Origin: an uncultured Gammaproteobacteria bacterium
Lineage (GTDB): Bacteria > Patescibacteriota > Microgenomatia > Levybacterales > GWA1-39-11
Direction: 5' to 3'
Assembly: GCA_964651815.1 (NCBI GenBank)
Contig: CAZYWG010000006.1
Coordinates: 23,259-87,258 of the forward strand
DNA length: 64,000 nucleotides
Part shown: positions 9,007-17,828 of the stretch, in pieces
Layout: each line of letters opens with the position of its first letter
Numbering within the stretch: position 1 is the first letter of the stretch
Made by a program: the position numbers and the translations under genes
The notes under the pieces: generated by a model
What the model was told of the DNA's origin: nothing
What the model saw: only the letters and a program-made list of their open reading frames with translations
Databases searched by the model: none

Positions 9007-10353
9007 ATGGTTGGAGAAGGACCGCAGCCTAGTGTTGCAGAAACAGGCGCAATCGCTACTGCTGATCGACCAAATAACGCACCCGCCGCTGGGCCTACCG
9101 TTCAGATTGAAAATCCAAGCAGCTCTCCCACAAACCCTTATTTAGATGGTGAAGAAGCAGAAGTAAAAGGAGCACCAAAGCCAAATGTCGCAAGTGAGGA
9201 AGAAGATCAGGAACCTGCAATAGAATCAGGCCCATCAAGAAGAATTCAAACAAAAGAGCTTCATGAGCTTGCAGACACCAATATAAATATCGCGGGTAAA
9301 CAAATTAAGGACAAAATAAACAAAGCGCCAACGAAAAAAGAGGGCGTGGCTTCCTTATCCACAGCAGAAAAAGAACTTTATTCGTTGTTTACAATAAGAG
9401 GTTGGAAGGAAAGTGACGGAGATTTGGAATTTGTAAGAGAAGATAGCAAAGGACATAAATCCGGCACGCCGCTTAATATTGAAGGAGTTGGACTAATTAC
9501 TAAATTCAGAGTACTAGAAGGAGGTAAATTAAAAGTTCATATTAGTGGATCAGACAGTGAAGTAGAGGTTGATCGCGCTCGGGTAGAAGAAGCACAACTT
9601 CTCTCTCATAAAAATGACATTTTGAATAATTTTTCGGGGAGCAGAAGAGAAATTGAAGAAATTGAGATTAATTCGATTGAACATCCCGGAGCGGATATTT
9701 TTGGTGGTAAGACTAATGCAGACATAAATAGTCTCATTGAATCCGCCGCAGACGAAGCTTCTTACCCGACAACAGGCGATATCAGAACCTATGTTAGTGG
9801 GATGCCAGATAGCCCGCAGAAACAAGAATTACTCACCATGCTTTCTGGAAGTAATCTTCCATCATCAGAAATTATTGATAAGGTTTATGTTGGCGCAAAT
9901 ACTGATAAAGCACTTGTTGATCTGCGTGCAGATGTTAAGAGATTACAGGAAACAGTAAATAATAACAAAGGAAATAAAGAAGCAATAAGAAGTCTTGATG
10001 TTGCTCAGAGATATTTGAAGTTATATACGGATGCTGAAGCAAAATTACAATCGGGAGGTTCACAAGAAATAATTAACAAAATTTCTGCCGGACAAATTGA
10101 TATTGAAAAATCCAAGGCAATAAAAAATGCACTTAGGACAGGACGTATGGATGCCCTTATTCCTCTTCTCGCTAAGGATCTGCAGGATGACCCAGATAAT
10201 GATTCACCTGAAGTGCTTGCTGACAAAGCGGAAAAGAGACGCGAGCTAAAGAAAAAAATGGAGACAATGAGTTGGTTTGCGCTTGCTGCCTTGCTTTTAT
10301 CCGGTATGGCTGTTGGAAAACTTGGTGAAGGCGTTGTTGGCGGCGGTAGATAA
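9007..10353 (+). CDS. Acidic hypothetical protein (448 aa) with a single C-terminal TM anchor (tail-anchored)
   Basis: Ala/Pro/Glu-rich N-terminus. Ends in MSWFALAALLLSGMAVGKLGEGVVGGGR. First gene of the plus-strand operon that leads into VirB4. Confidence 0.5.
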   Translation: MVGEGPQPSVAETGAIATADRPNNAPAAGPTVQIENPSSSPTNPYLDGEEAEVKGAPKPNVASEEEDQEPAIESGPSRRIQTKELHELADTNINIAGKQIKDKINKAPTKKEGVASLSTAEKELYSLFTIRGWKESDGDLEFVREDSKGHKSGTPLNIEGVGLITKFRVLEGGKLKVHISGSDSEVEVDRARVEEAQLLSHKNDILNNFSGSRREIEEIEINSIEHPGADIFGGKTNADINSLIESAADEASYPTTGDIRTYVSGMPDSPQKQELLTMLSGSNLPSSEIIDKVYVGANTDKALVDLRADVKRLQETVNNNKGNKEAIRSLDVAQRYLKLYTDAEAKLQSGGSQEIINKISAGQIDIEKSKAIKNALRTGRMDALIPLLAKDLQDDPDNDSPEVLADKAEKRRELKKKMETMSWFALAALLLSGMAVGKLGEGVVGGGR

Positions 10354-10511
10354 ATTTAGTTTTCACACACTACGCATAAATAACCTCTAATCTGACATAT
10401 TTTGAGACTCTTGCAATGAAAATTTTCACGTTATAAGCTGAAATATATAGAGAAGCACAGTTCTATAGAGTTAATCTTAGAGATTATATGCTCTAAATTC
10501 TAAATTCTTTT

Positions 10512-11738
10512 ATGGAAAATCATCCTATACCACAAGACGTTACAGGCTTTAAATTTAAGCTGATTGGTAGCATGACTGTCAAACAGTTTTTATATCTATT
10601 AGGGTTTGGTATTTTGAGTATGATCTTTCTTATTTTCCACATGAATTTATTTATAAAAGTCCCTATCATGACCGTACTTGGGTGCATTGGAATATTTCTT
10701 GCATTTATTCCAATTGAAGGGCGTCCAGCGGACATTATGATAATGAATTTTGCAAAAGCAATTCCTTCTGAAAACAGGTACATTTTTAAAAAACGCGGCG
10801 TCAATTTGGCGAACTATGAAGCTTTCAAAATAATTGTCAAAAAGCCAGTTCCAGCGTCAGCAGCACCTGGGACGCAACCGTCTACACCAAAAAGTGTTTC
10901 TGATGATAAACGGGCAATTTTGATTTCGCGTCTTCGCAACTCTTCTTTCAGGCCTGATGATTCGGAAATTAAACAACTTAACAACATTAAAGCTATTTTT
11001 GATACAGATAGTAGTGCTACCCCACAAACGCAAATTTTTGTAAGTGAGCAAAAAAATAAACCAATGGTAGCAATACACGCCGACGAACCAAAAGTTGAAA
11101 TAACCAATGCTGTCTCCGCAGCGGCGCCAATTATACTTTCCTCTCCCGTGCCACAGGTAGCTGTGCATGAAATTAAGCCGCCCGAAGAAAAAAAAGCTGA
11201 TATGCCGGCAGAAAATCCGTCACTCCAAGCGGCAAAACCCGCTGCAAGCGAACAACCAGCGCAGCAAGAAGCGCCAAGACAAGAAATTCCACAGCCTCAA
11301 ATTAAACTTTCTGACAATGAAGAAAAAACACACTCTACCCCTCCCCCCGTGGCTATTGGCCAAGTATCTGCGCCTAATCTTGCCGGAGGATTCCCCACCC
11401 TTCCCGATGTTGGAAATGTAGTTCTTGGAATGGTTCGTGACGCTCGCGGCCGTACACTACCAAACATTTTGGTTGAGGTGGTGGACGACAACAATATTCC
11501 AGTGCGCGCTTTTAAAACAAACGCTTTAGGACAATTTGCTTCTGCTACCCCACTACCTGATGGCGTTTACAAAATACATTTTGAAGACCCGCAGAAAAAT
11601 CAGGAATTTGAAATTGTTGACATCAACCTTAGTGGCGAAATTTTTCAACCCATAGAAGCAGTTTCGGTTGACGCCCGAGAAAAATTAAGGCGCGAGCTTT
11701 TTGGCACTCAACCCGCAGCGCCAAGCTCAGTAGTATAA
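10512..11738 (+). CDS. PrgI/VirB3-like two-TM membrane protein with a long Pro-rich linker and a C-terminal prealbumin/carboxypeptidase-regulatory-like beta-sandwich domain
   Basis: N-terminus FKFKLIGSMTVKQFLYLLGFGILSMIFLIF...VPIMTVLGCIGIFLAFIPIEG resembles the small VirB3/PrgI component that precedes VirB4 genes. C-terminus GNVVLGMVRDARGRTLPNILVEVVDDNNIPVRAFKTNALGQFASATPLPDGVYKIHFE resembles CarboxypepD_reg-like folds. Confidence 0.45.
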   Translation: MENHPIPQDVTGFKFKLIGSMTVKQFLYLLGFGILSMIFLIFHMNLFIKVPIMTVLGCIGIFLAFIPIEGRPADIMIMNFAKAIPSENRYIFKKRGVNLANYEAFKIIVKKPVPASAAPGTQPSTPKSVSDDKRAILISRLRNSSFRPDDSEIKQLNNIKAIFDTDSSATPQTQIFVSEQKNKPMVAIHADEPKVEITNAVSAAAPIILSSPVPQVAVHEIKPPEEKKADMPAENPSLQAAKPAASEQPAQQEAPRQEIPQPQIKLSDNEEKTHSTPPPVAIGQVSAPNLAGGFPTLPDVGNVVLGMVRDARGRTLPNILVEVVDDNNIPVRAFKTNALGQFASATPLPDGVYKIHFEDPQKNQEFEIVDINLSGEIFQPIEAVSVDAREKLRRELFGTQPAAPSSVV

Positions 11739-11746
11739 AATAAATT

Positions 11747-12388
11747 ATGGCAAAAAAAGTTCATTCAACAACTCAAGACTTTACAGAAATAGTTGACATA
11801 TCAGACGACGTTGTTTTTTTTAGGGGAGGGAGCGCATGTATGATAGCCGAGGCGTCTTCAGTTAATTTTTTCCTTCTTTCAACTGATGAACAAAACGCAA
11901 GAATCTACGGATACATGGCTCTCCTAAATTCTTTGTCGTCATATCTCCAGATATTAATTGTTTCACGTCGTGTTGACCTTGGAAATTACTTAAAAATCAT
12001 TGACGAAAAAATTTCAAATGTTAAAAACCCTAAGATTTCAGAACAACTTGTTCTCTACCGCGATTTTATAAAAGATCTAATTAAGGGCGAAGGATTGCTT
12101 GATAAAAAAATCTATATTGTGGTCCCTTTTTCCCAACTTGAACTCGGTCCGTCATCTATGCCACAGCAAACAACGCAACAAGCAAGTAAACCCCTCTCTC
12201 TAAATGAGAGGATTAAATCCGGATTAATATCTAAAAGAAATAATGTCATAACTCAGGTTGAACGCATGGGGCTTACCGCAAAGCCACTTGGGACAAACGA
12301 ACTAATCAAGCTTTTTTACGAATTGTTTAACCAGGAATTTGTGACTCTGGACTTCAATTCAAGTGATATTAAGAATGTGATTATATAA
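11747..12388 (+). CDS. VirB4 N-terminal-like module encoded as a separate ORF (213 aa)
   Basis: DISDDVVFFRGGSACMIAEASSVNFFLLSTDEQNARIYGYMALLNSLSSYLQILIVSRRVDLGNYL resembles the first conserved region of TraC/VirB4-family N-termini. Same reading frame as the downstream ATPase ORF, separated from it by TAA/TAA/TAG stops. Confidence 0.4.
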   Translation: MAKKVHSTTQDFTEIVDISDDVVFFRGGSACMIAEASSVNFFLLSTDEQNARIYGYMALLNSLSSYLQILIVSRRVDLGNYLKIIDEKISNVKNPKISEQLVLYRDFIKDLIKGEGLLDKKIYIVVPFSQLELGPSSMPQQTTQQASKPLSLNERIKSGLISKRNNVITQVERMGLTAKPLGTNELIKLFYELFNQEFVTLDFNSSDIKNVII

Positions 12389-12403
12389 ACACGAAGCACT
12401 AGA

Positions 12404-12480
12404 TTCGAAACCCGAAACAAGTTTTAAAAATTAAAAAATTAGAATTTGTTTCGAATTTCGATATTCGAATTTCGAATTTT
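12404..12480. repeat. Imperfect inverted repeat plus tandem tcgaattt units between the two VirB4 ORFs
   Basis: ttcgaaacccgaaacaa (12404-12420) pairs with ttgtttcgaatttcgat (12446-12462) at 14 of 17 positions, around a 25-nt A/T loop. Followed by tcgaattt at 12451, 12465 and 12473. Confidence 0.5.
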
Positions 12481-12481
12481 T

Positions 12482-14782
12482 ATGTTGGGCTTTGGGAAAA
12501 AAACAAAACAAATTCAAAATGAAGCACCTCAACAGGTATTGAGTGCCGCGGGCGAACCTACTGTGGCGCCACAAGTCCAACCAACAATTGTTGTAAAGGC
12601 CGGGACAAAAGGCAAAAAAGCAGCTGGACAAAGCTCGCATCCGCAAAACGTGCAAAGTAAAGGGTATGCTGCTCTTTCTCAAGGGGCTGTTTCTGTAGTT
12701 GACATTATTTCCCCGTCGTCAGTTGAAGTTGATTTTAAAAATATTCGCGTTGGAAATAAATTTTTCAGGACTTTTTTTGTTGTTGATTATCCACGGCAAG
12801 TATCTCCCAACTGGCTTTCAATACTCATCGACTACAAAGAGACTATGAACATTTCAATGTTCTCATACCCCGTTGAGAGCAAAGACGTATTAACAAATTT
12901 AAGAAGAAAAATTTCTGAGATGGAAGCAACGCTTCAATCAGACGCTGAGCAAGGACTTGAACCGGACCCTAAGACTAGCGCCGGGCTGGAAGATGCAATC
13001 GCTTTGCGAGAAGAACTGGCACGTGGGCTTGAGCGATTTTTCCAATTCGGTTTATATATCACTTTGGCCGCTGAAACTGTTGAAGAACTTGACTCAAAAA
13101 CCAAAGAGCTAACTTCTCTTCTTGCGTCAAACCTTTTACTTATTAAACCCGCAACTCTCCAAATGGAAGACGGATTCAAAACTACGTTGCCAGGCGGCGT
13201 TGACAAACTTTTTATAACTCGCAACATGGATACAACTTCTCTTGCTTCAACTTTTCCTTTCACGTCTTATGAAATATCACACCCTAATGGAATCCTGTAT
13301 GGAGTCAACACAATAAATAATTCACTTGCGATTGTGGACCGTTTTTCTTTTGAAAATGCAAATGAGGTAGTCTTTGGAAAGTCAGGTGCCGGAAAATCTT
13401 TCCTGGTAAAACTTGAAATACTTCGCCAAATGATGTTTGACGCGGAGATTTTGATTATCGACCCAGAAGATGAATATAGAGCTCTTTGCCACGCGCTTGA
13501 CGGCGAATACATTAATTTTTCAAAGGACTCTGACATTAAAATTAACCCATTTGCGCTAATTTCTGAAGACATGACAGACGCGCAACTTGGAATAAAAATC
13601 TTATCACTTCACGGGCTTCTCAAAACCATGCTTGGGGAGATGACGCCAACTCAAGAAGCAATTCTCGATAGGTCTCTTGTATTATGTTATAAGCAAAAAG
13701 GGATAACTCCGGACCCCGCAACTTACAGACAAGAACCACCAATTCTTGAAGATCTTTACAAAACTCTTCTTAACATGGAAGAACCCGAAGCAAAAGATCT
13801 TTCATTCAGGCTCGAAAAATATGTGAAAGGTGGTTTCTCAGGTCTTTTTAATCAACAAACAAATTATGATGTTAAAAACCAACTAACTGTTTTTTCAATA
13901 AAACAACTTGAAGACGCGCTCCGTCCAATTGCTATGCATGTAATTTTGGATTTTATCTGGAACCGCGTCAGGACAAAGCTTAAAAAAAGAATACTGGTAG
14001 TTGATGAGGCGTGGTATCTAATGCAACACCCTGATTCTGCAAGTTTTTTGCAAGGAATTGCCAAACGGGCAAGAAAATATTTCCTTGGAGTAACTACTCT
14101 TACTCAAGATATTGAAGACTTTCTCAATAACGATTATGGAAAATCCATTTTATCTAATTCCTCAGTTCAAATTCTTTTAAAACAGAATTCTTCAGAAGTT
14201 GAAACCCTGGCAAAAGCGCTATTTTTATCGGAAGGAGAAAAACAATTTCTAGTGACGGCACAAGTTGGAGAAGGGCTTTTGTTTGCCGGGCAAAATCACA
14301 TAACCGCTCAGTTTGTGGCATCAAATTCAGAATATGAACTAATTACTTCAAAGCCACAAGATATATTAAGAAATGAACAGGACGCGGAAAATATTCAGGC
14401 GGCACAATTGGCTTCCGCGCAAGCTAATCCGCCTCAACCCACAGAACAAACACAAGCGCCGCCACCTCCACCAGAACAACCAATGCAACCTCAACAGCCT
14501 ACGGCAATACCAGTGGTACCTACCCAAAGCGTGCCGACACAAGATCCTGAAAACATCACAGTTGTTCCACAGCAAATCCAGACACCAGTACAACCTGCTG
14601 TAACACAGCAACCAATCACACAAATACCTACAGTGAGTGTACCCCAGCCAGGTACCATCCCGGCAGCACCAATTGCTTCTTTCAATCAAGCTCTCCCTAC
14701 AGCGCCCCCTGTAGCGCCACAACCCCCGATTGTTCCTACGGAAAACGTTCAGCCCCCTACAAATCCCACTGGGAGCGCATAA
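12482..14782 (+). CDS. virB4: VirB4/TrbE/CagE-family type IV secretion ATPase (ATG at 12482 preferred; ORF-track TTG at 12446)
   Basis: N-terminal region IISPSSVEVDFKNIRVGNKFFRTFFVVDYPRQVSPNWLSILIDY..MNISMFSYP. Walker A FGKSGAGKSF (nt 13375-13398). Walker B ILVVDEAWYLMQ. About 140-aa Pro/Gln-rich C-terminal extension. Confidence 0.8.
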   Translation: MLGFGKKTKQIQNEAPQQVLSAAGEPTVAPQVQPTIVVKAGTKGKKAAGQSSHPQNVQSKGYAALSQGAVSVVDIISPSSVEVDFKNIRVGNKFFRTFFVVDYPRQVSPNWLSILIDYKETMNISMFSYPVESKDVLTNLRRKISEMEATLQSDAEQGLEPDPKTSAGLEDAIALREELARGLERFFQFGLYITLAAETVEELDSKTKELTSLLASNLLLIKPATLQMEDGFKTTLPGGVDKLFITRNMDTTSLASTFPFTSYEISHPNGILYGVNTINNSLAIVDRFSFENANEVVFGKSGAGKSFLVKLEILRQMMFDAEILIIDPEDEYRALCHALDGEYINFSKDSDIKINPFALISEDMTDAQLGIKILSLHGLLKTMLGEMTPTQEAILDRSLVLCYKQKGITPDPATYRQEPPILEDLYKTLLNMEEPEAKDLSFRLEKYVKGGFSGLFNQQTNYDVKNQLTVFSIKQLEDALRPIAMHVILDFIWNRVRTKLKKRILVVDEAWYLMQHPDSASFLQGIAKRARKYFLGVTTLTQDIEDFLNNDYGKSILSNSSVQILLKQNSSEVETLAKALFLSEGEKQFLVTAQVGEGLLFAGQNHITAQFVASNSEYELITSKPQDILRNEQDAENIQAAQLASAQANPPQPTEQTQAPPPPPEQPMQPQQPTAIPVVPTQSVPTQDPENITVVPQQIQTPVQPAVTQQPITQIPTVSVPQPGTIPAAPIASFNQALPTAPPVAPQPPIVPTENVQPPTNPTGSA

Positions 14783-14789
14783 ATAAAAT

Positions 14790-17312
14790 ATGGACAACAC
14801 TGCTCAAGAGGGTAATTCAAAAAAATCCTCAGAATCAACTAAGGGCGTAATTATTTCAGGACTTGTATATGGACCGTCTAATGCGGGATCAAATGAAAAC
14901 GTTGCGCTCGGCGGAATAACAATAAGAATACAAGGTGCTTCGCGCGCGACAGATTCCCAAGACGTAACTTCTGGCGAGACAGGCGAATTTTCCTCAAGAC
15001 TACTTTCCCCGGGAAAATATAAAGTTACGCCTATTGATTCAAAAGCAATATATTTCCGTCCCCCACTGACAATTCCAGTAAACAATGATACCCCCCTCGA
15101 AATATACATGACGCCTGCTGGAACACCTAACCGCAGACGAGGCAACCATCACTCTTTTATGCCAATTATTAAAAACAACATTTACGGATTTCTTGTTGAG
15201 AGGCAAAAAAAACCAATCGCAAATATCGACGTGAGTGTTAAAAGCGTAACGCTCGATCCGGCAAAAAGTAATAAGGGCCTAATTGAAAAACTCGCAAGTT
15301 TTGTTTCAAGAAAGAATGCTACAGAAAACGAAGAAGGTAAAAATAAAGAGCCCGAACCAATTTCTATAATACTTAAAACAAACGCGCTAGGATCATTTGC
15401 TGTGAGGCAACGTTTGCCGAATGGGGCTTACATAGTTAAGTGTATAGATCCTTCCAAAAAATATACTTTTAGATCCAGATTTATGGTACTTAAAGGGTAC
15501 TACCTTCCACCTCTTTGGTTTACGGGTTATACAACATCAGACCTTGATGAATTAAAAAAGAAACACCAGGAAAGAAAAGATAAAGCACCTGAAGAGGAGA
15601 AAGACAAGGAGGCAGAAGAATCGACAACATCAAAAAAAGGTGGTACAGAAAGTGAAGATGCCAAAAATAAGGAGGGGCTAGAAGAAGGCGATGGAAAAAA
15701 AGCAGCTGATGAAGCTGCAAGAATAATCCATGAAAATCAGGCACCTTCTAAGCCACCCAAAACCGGAGGGAGTTTGAAGCCTGATGAAAGCCCAACTGGC
15801 GCTACTCCCGAAACAAAACGGGAAACCATAAGTCGAAGTGCTACTGGAACAGCGACTCTTGAGCGACCCCAAACGGAACTTCAACCAAATTTGAGGGATT
15901 ATCCTCAACCAACTTCCTTTCCTGCCATTGAAACAATAGTTCGGCCGCCACAATTTGATGAACCATCGATCCCCCAACAATCAAGCGAACAACAAAGAAC
16001 ACAGAGCGCTCAAAATGCACAAAGCGCTCAAGGAAATAGACAAAGACGATCTTCTGTTAGATCGCCGAGAATTCCAAACCCTGCAAAAAATGCAGCAAGC
16101 CAAGCGGCTCGAGGTGGAGAGAAAGAAGTTTTAAATGCTATAAATACTGCTACCGCGCCTGTTCAATCTGTCTTAAAAAAATATTTAATAGGGGCAGCAA
16201 TTATCATAATTCTTCTTATCATAATCATTCAATTTTTCGGCCCAGAGTCTCCCGCCTCCCCTTTCAGCAGTGGTGAGACGAGCGCAAATCCGGGCAATCC
16301 GGGCAATCCGACAAATCCAAACCCAGGCAACCCAGGGGTGAATACAGGCGGAGGGCTTGATTATGCAATCCTTATAAATGACCCGACCATTTTACCTGAC
16401 AATATAAAACAAACTATTGCATCAAATTGGCCAAACGCCCTGCTTCAAAATTTAGATAATATAGTATCCACTGCAAAGTCTCACAACTGGAACCCATCCT
16501 TCCTTTTGTCCCTGTGGATCGAAGAATCTGGAGGGCAAGCTGGCACGAGCAATGCGGATGGCAACCCAAATGGATACACAGATGCTCTTGGATGTGACCC
16601 TCAGCACCCCACAAGCAACATAAATTCATCTCTTACTTGTTTTTTTAATCAGTATGGATCTTATACAAAAAGTTTTGCCGACTTTATGTGTAATTACAGC
16701 GAAAGTAAAGATGCCCCTTGTACTTTTTCTACCAATCCGAATTTTCCTGGATCAATTAAATCCGTTTATGCAACGCTTGTTCCAAATGGTCCAGGGGCGG
16801 AAATAAATATTACTCCAACAACAACCCCCGGCGGCGGATCAGTTACTGCAACCTGCCCCATACGGGGGGGTATAATAACTTGTGGAAGCAAGTTCAATAC
16901 TGTTAATAATTGTGGACATTGCAACCCAAACACAGACTATGCATCCGATATGGATCAATGTACTTATAACGGAATAAATTACGCGGAGGACGTTGGGGCT
17001 TCCGCAGGAACAAACGTAATACTGCCGAGTCTTAATGGCGAGTCTATAATCTGGAACTTTTACAACGAGCAGCAGTCGGGTATTGGATCAACCATTATGT
17101 ATAAAGGGAATGACTCACATGATATTACTTATGTAATTGAATTTCATCACGTTGCAGGGGGAAGCAGTGTGAAACGCGGTCTTTCAGGAGATATTGGAGC
17201 AAAAACATGCACTGGGGACTCCCGCTGTAATCATGTTCATATTGAATTTTACAAACTGCCTGCAACAGGAGTACAAGATTATGTAGATGCGTCTAAAACT
17301 TTTTGCCAATGA
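14790..17312 (+). CDS. Membrane-anchored peptidoglycan hydrolase: two prealbumin-like N-terminal domains, a charged linker, one TM, an SLT-like lytic transglycosylase region and a C-terminal M23 (LytM) peptidase domain
   Basis: TM helix KKYLIGAAIIIILLIIIIQFF. SLT-like LLSLWIEESGGQAG...YTDALGCDPQ. M23 signature YVIEFHHVAGGSSVKRGLSGDIGAKTCTGDSRCNHVHIEF (HxH...E). NPGNPGNP tandem linker at about 16260-16330. Follows virB4 by 8 nt. Confidence 0.65.
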   Translation: MDNTAQEGNSKKSSESTKGVIISGLVYGPSNAGSNENVALGGITIRIQGASRATDSQDVTSGETGEFSSRLLSPGKYKVTPIDSKAIYFRPPLTIPVNNDTPLEIYMTPAGTPNRRRGNHHSFMPIIKNNIYGFLVERQKKPIANIDVSVKSVTLDPAKSNKGLIEKLASFVSRKNATENEEGKNKEPEPISIILKTNALGSFAVRQRLPNGAYIVKCIDPSKKYTFRSRFMVLKGYYLPPLWFTGYTTSDLDELKKKHQERKDKAPEEEKDKEAEESTTSKKGGTESEDAKNKEGLEEGDGKKAADEAARIIHENQAPSKPPKTGGSLKPDESPTGATPETKRETISRSATGTATLERPQTELQPNLRDYPQPTSFPAIETIVRPPQFDEPSIPQQSSEQQRTQSAQNAQSAQGNRQRRSSVRSPRIPNPAKNAASQAARGGEKEVLNAINTATAPVQSVLKKYLIGAAIIIILLIIIIQFFGPESPASPFSSGETSANPGNPGNPTNPNPGNPGVNTGGGLDYAILINDPTILPDNIKQTIASNWPNALLQNLDNIVSTAKSHNWNPSFLLSLWIEESGGQAGTSNADGNPNGYTDALGCDPQHPTSNINSSLTCFFNQYGSYTKSFADFMCNYSESKDAPCTFSTNPNFPGSIKSVYATLVPNGPGAEINITPTTTPGGGSVTATCPIRGGIITCGSKFNTVNNCGHCNPNTDYASDMDQCTYNGINYAEDVGASAGTNVILPSLNGESIIWNFYNEQQSGIGSTIMYKGNDSHDITYVIEFHHVAGGSSVKRGLSGDIGAKTCTGDSRCNHVHIEFYKLPATGVQDYVDASKTFCQ

Positions 17313-17827
17313 AAATAAATTTTAAAACTGAATATTTATTTATAATTCTCATAATTATTCTCATTCCTGTTTTTGTTTGGCTTATTGCTGCAAGGTTTTC
17401 ATCAAACACTTCAAATAATACTTCTACTGATAAGGCATTAACATCATCAACGCCAACTCCTGTCTATGTCGTTCCTACCGGCCTATCCAAAAATAAAGTA
17501 TTAGCGGTAACGCATACGCTCCCAATTGATGATACAGGTATTACATATCAACCTATTCAACCCATTGAATTTTCTTTTAATAATTCCGTAGATGCGGCAG
17601 GAATTAAGTATTCTGTTAATCCTAAAATAGATGTAGTTGTAAAAAATGGATCTTATGCAAACAAAGTGTTAATTTATCCTGCGGTTAAATGGAATGAAGG
17701 AATAACAACTATTACAATTCTCCCGGGTAGTAGTGCTCTTGATGGCACCAAGCTTTATATTCCTTTTACTTACGAACTAAATACAGCGCAACCAACTGTG
17801 CCACCTCATAGCCCTGGAGCTTATTAA
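17303..17827 (+). CDS. Small N-terminally membrane-anchored hypothetical protein (174 aa)
   Basis: ATGA overlap with the preceding hydrolase stop. TM helix LFIILIIILIPVFVWLIAA followed by an S/T-rich linker. Confidence 0.4.
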   Translation: MPMKINFKTEYLFIILIIILIPVFVWLIAARFSSNTSNNTSTDKALTSSTPTPVYVVPTGLSKNKVLAVTHTLPIDDTGITYQPIQPIEFSFNNSVDAAGIKYSVNPKIDVVVKNGSYANKVLIYPAVKWNEGITTITILPGSSALDGTKLYIPFTYELNTAQPTVPPHSPGAY

Positions 17828-17828
17828 T

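Noticed and set aside
10354-10511. tRNA or ncRNA in the largest intergenic gaps (10354-10511, 49902-50099, 61922-62129)
   Set aside because: The gaps are AT-rich with promoter-like elements only. No cloverleaf-compatible GC-rich stems were seen. A small CDS explains 61978-62112.
12386-12442. Alternative genetic code (stop-codon reassignment) as the explanation for the split VirB4
   Set aside because: The intervening stops are TAA/TAG, not TGA. Long intact ORFs throughout the window end at all three standard stops, so a code-25-type reassignment is not supported. The recoding idea is kept only as a low-probability option in the finding.
12404-12480. CRISPR-like or mobile-element repeat
   Set aside because: Only one short imperfect palindrome plus 8-bp tandem units. 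There is no spacer-repeat periodicity and no transposase.
16260-16330. Tandem 9-bp repeat (ggcaatccg) as a noncoding repeat
   Set aside because: It lies inside the hydrolase CDS and encodes an NPGNPGNP low-complexity linker.
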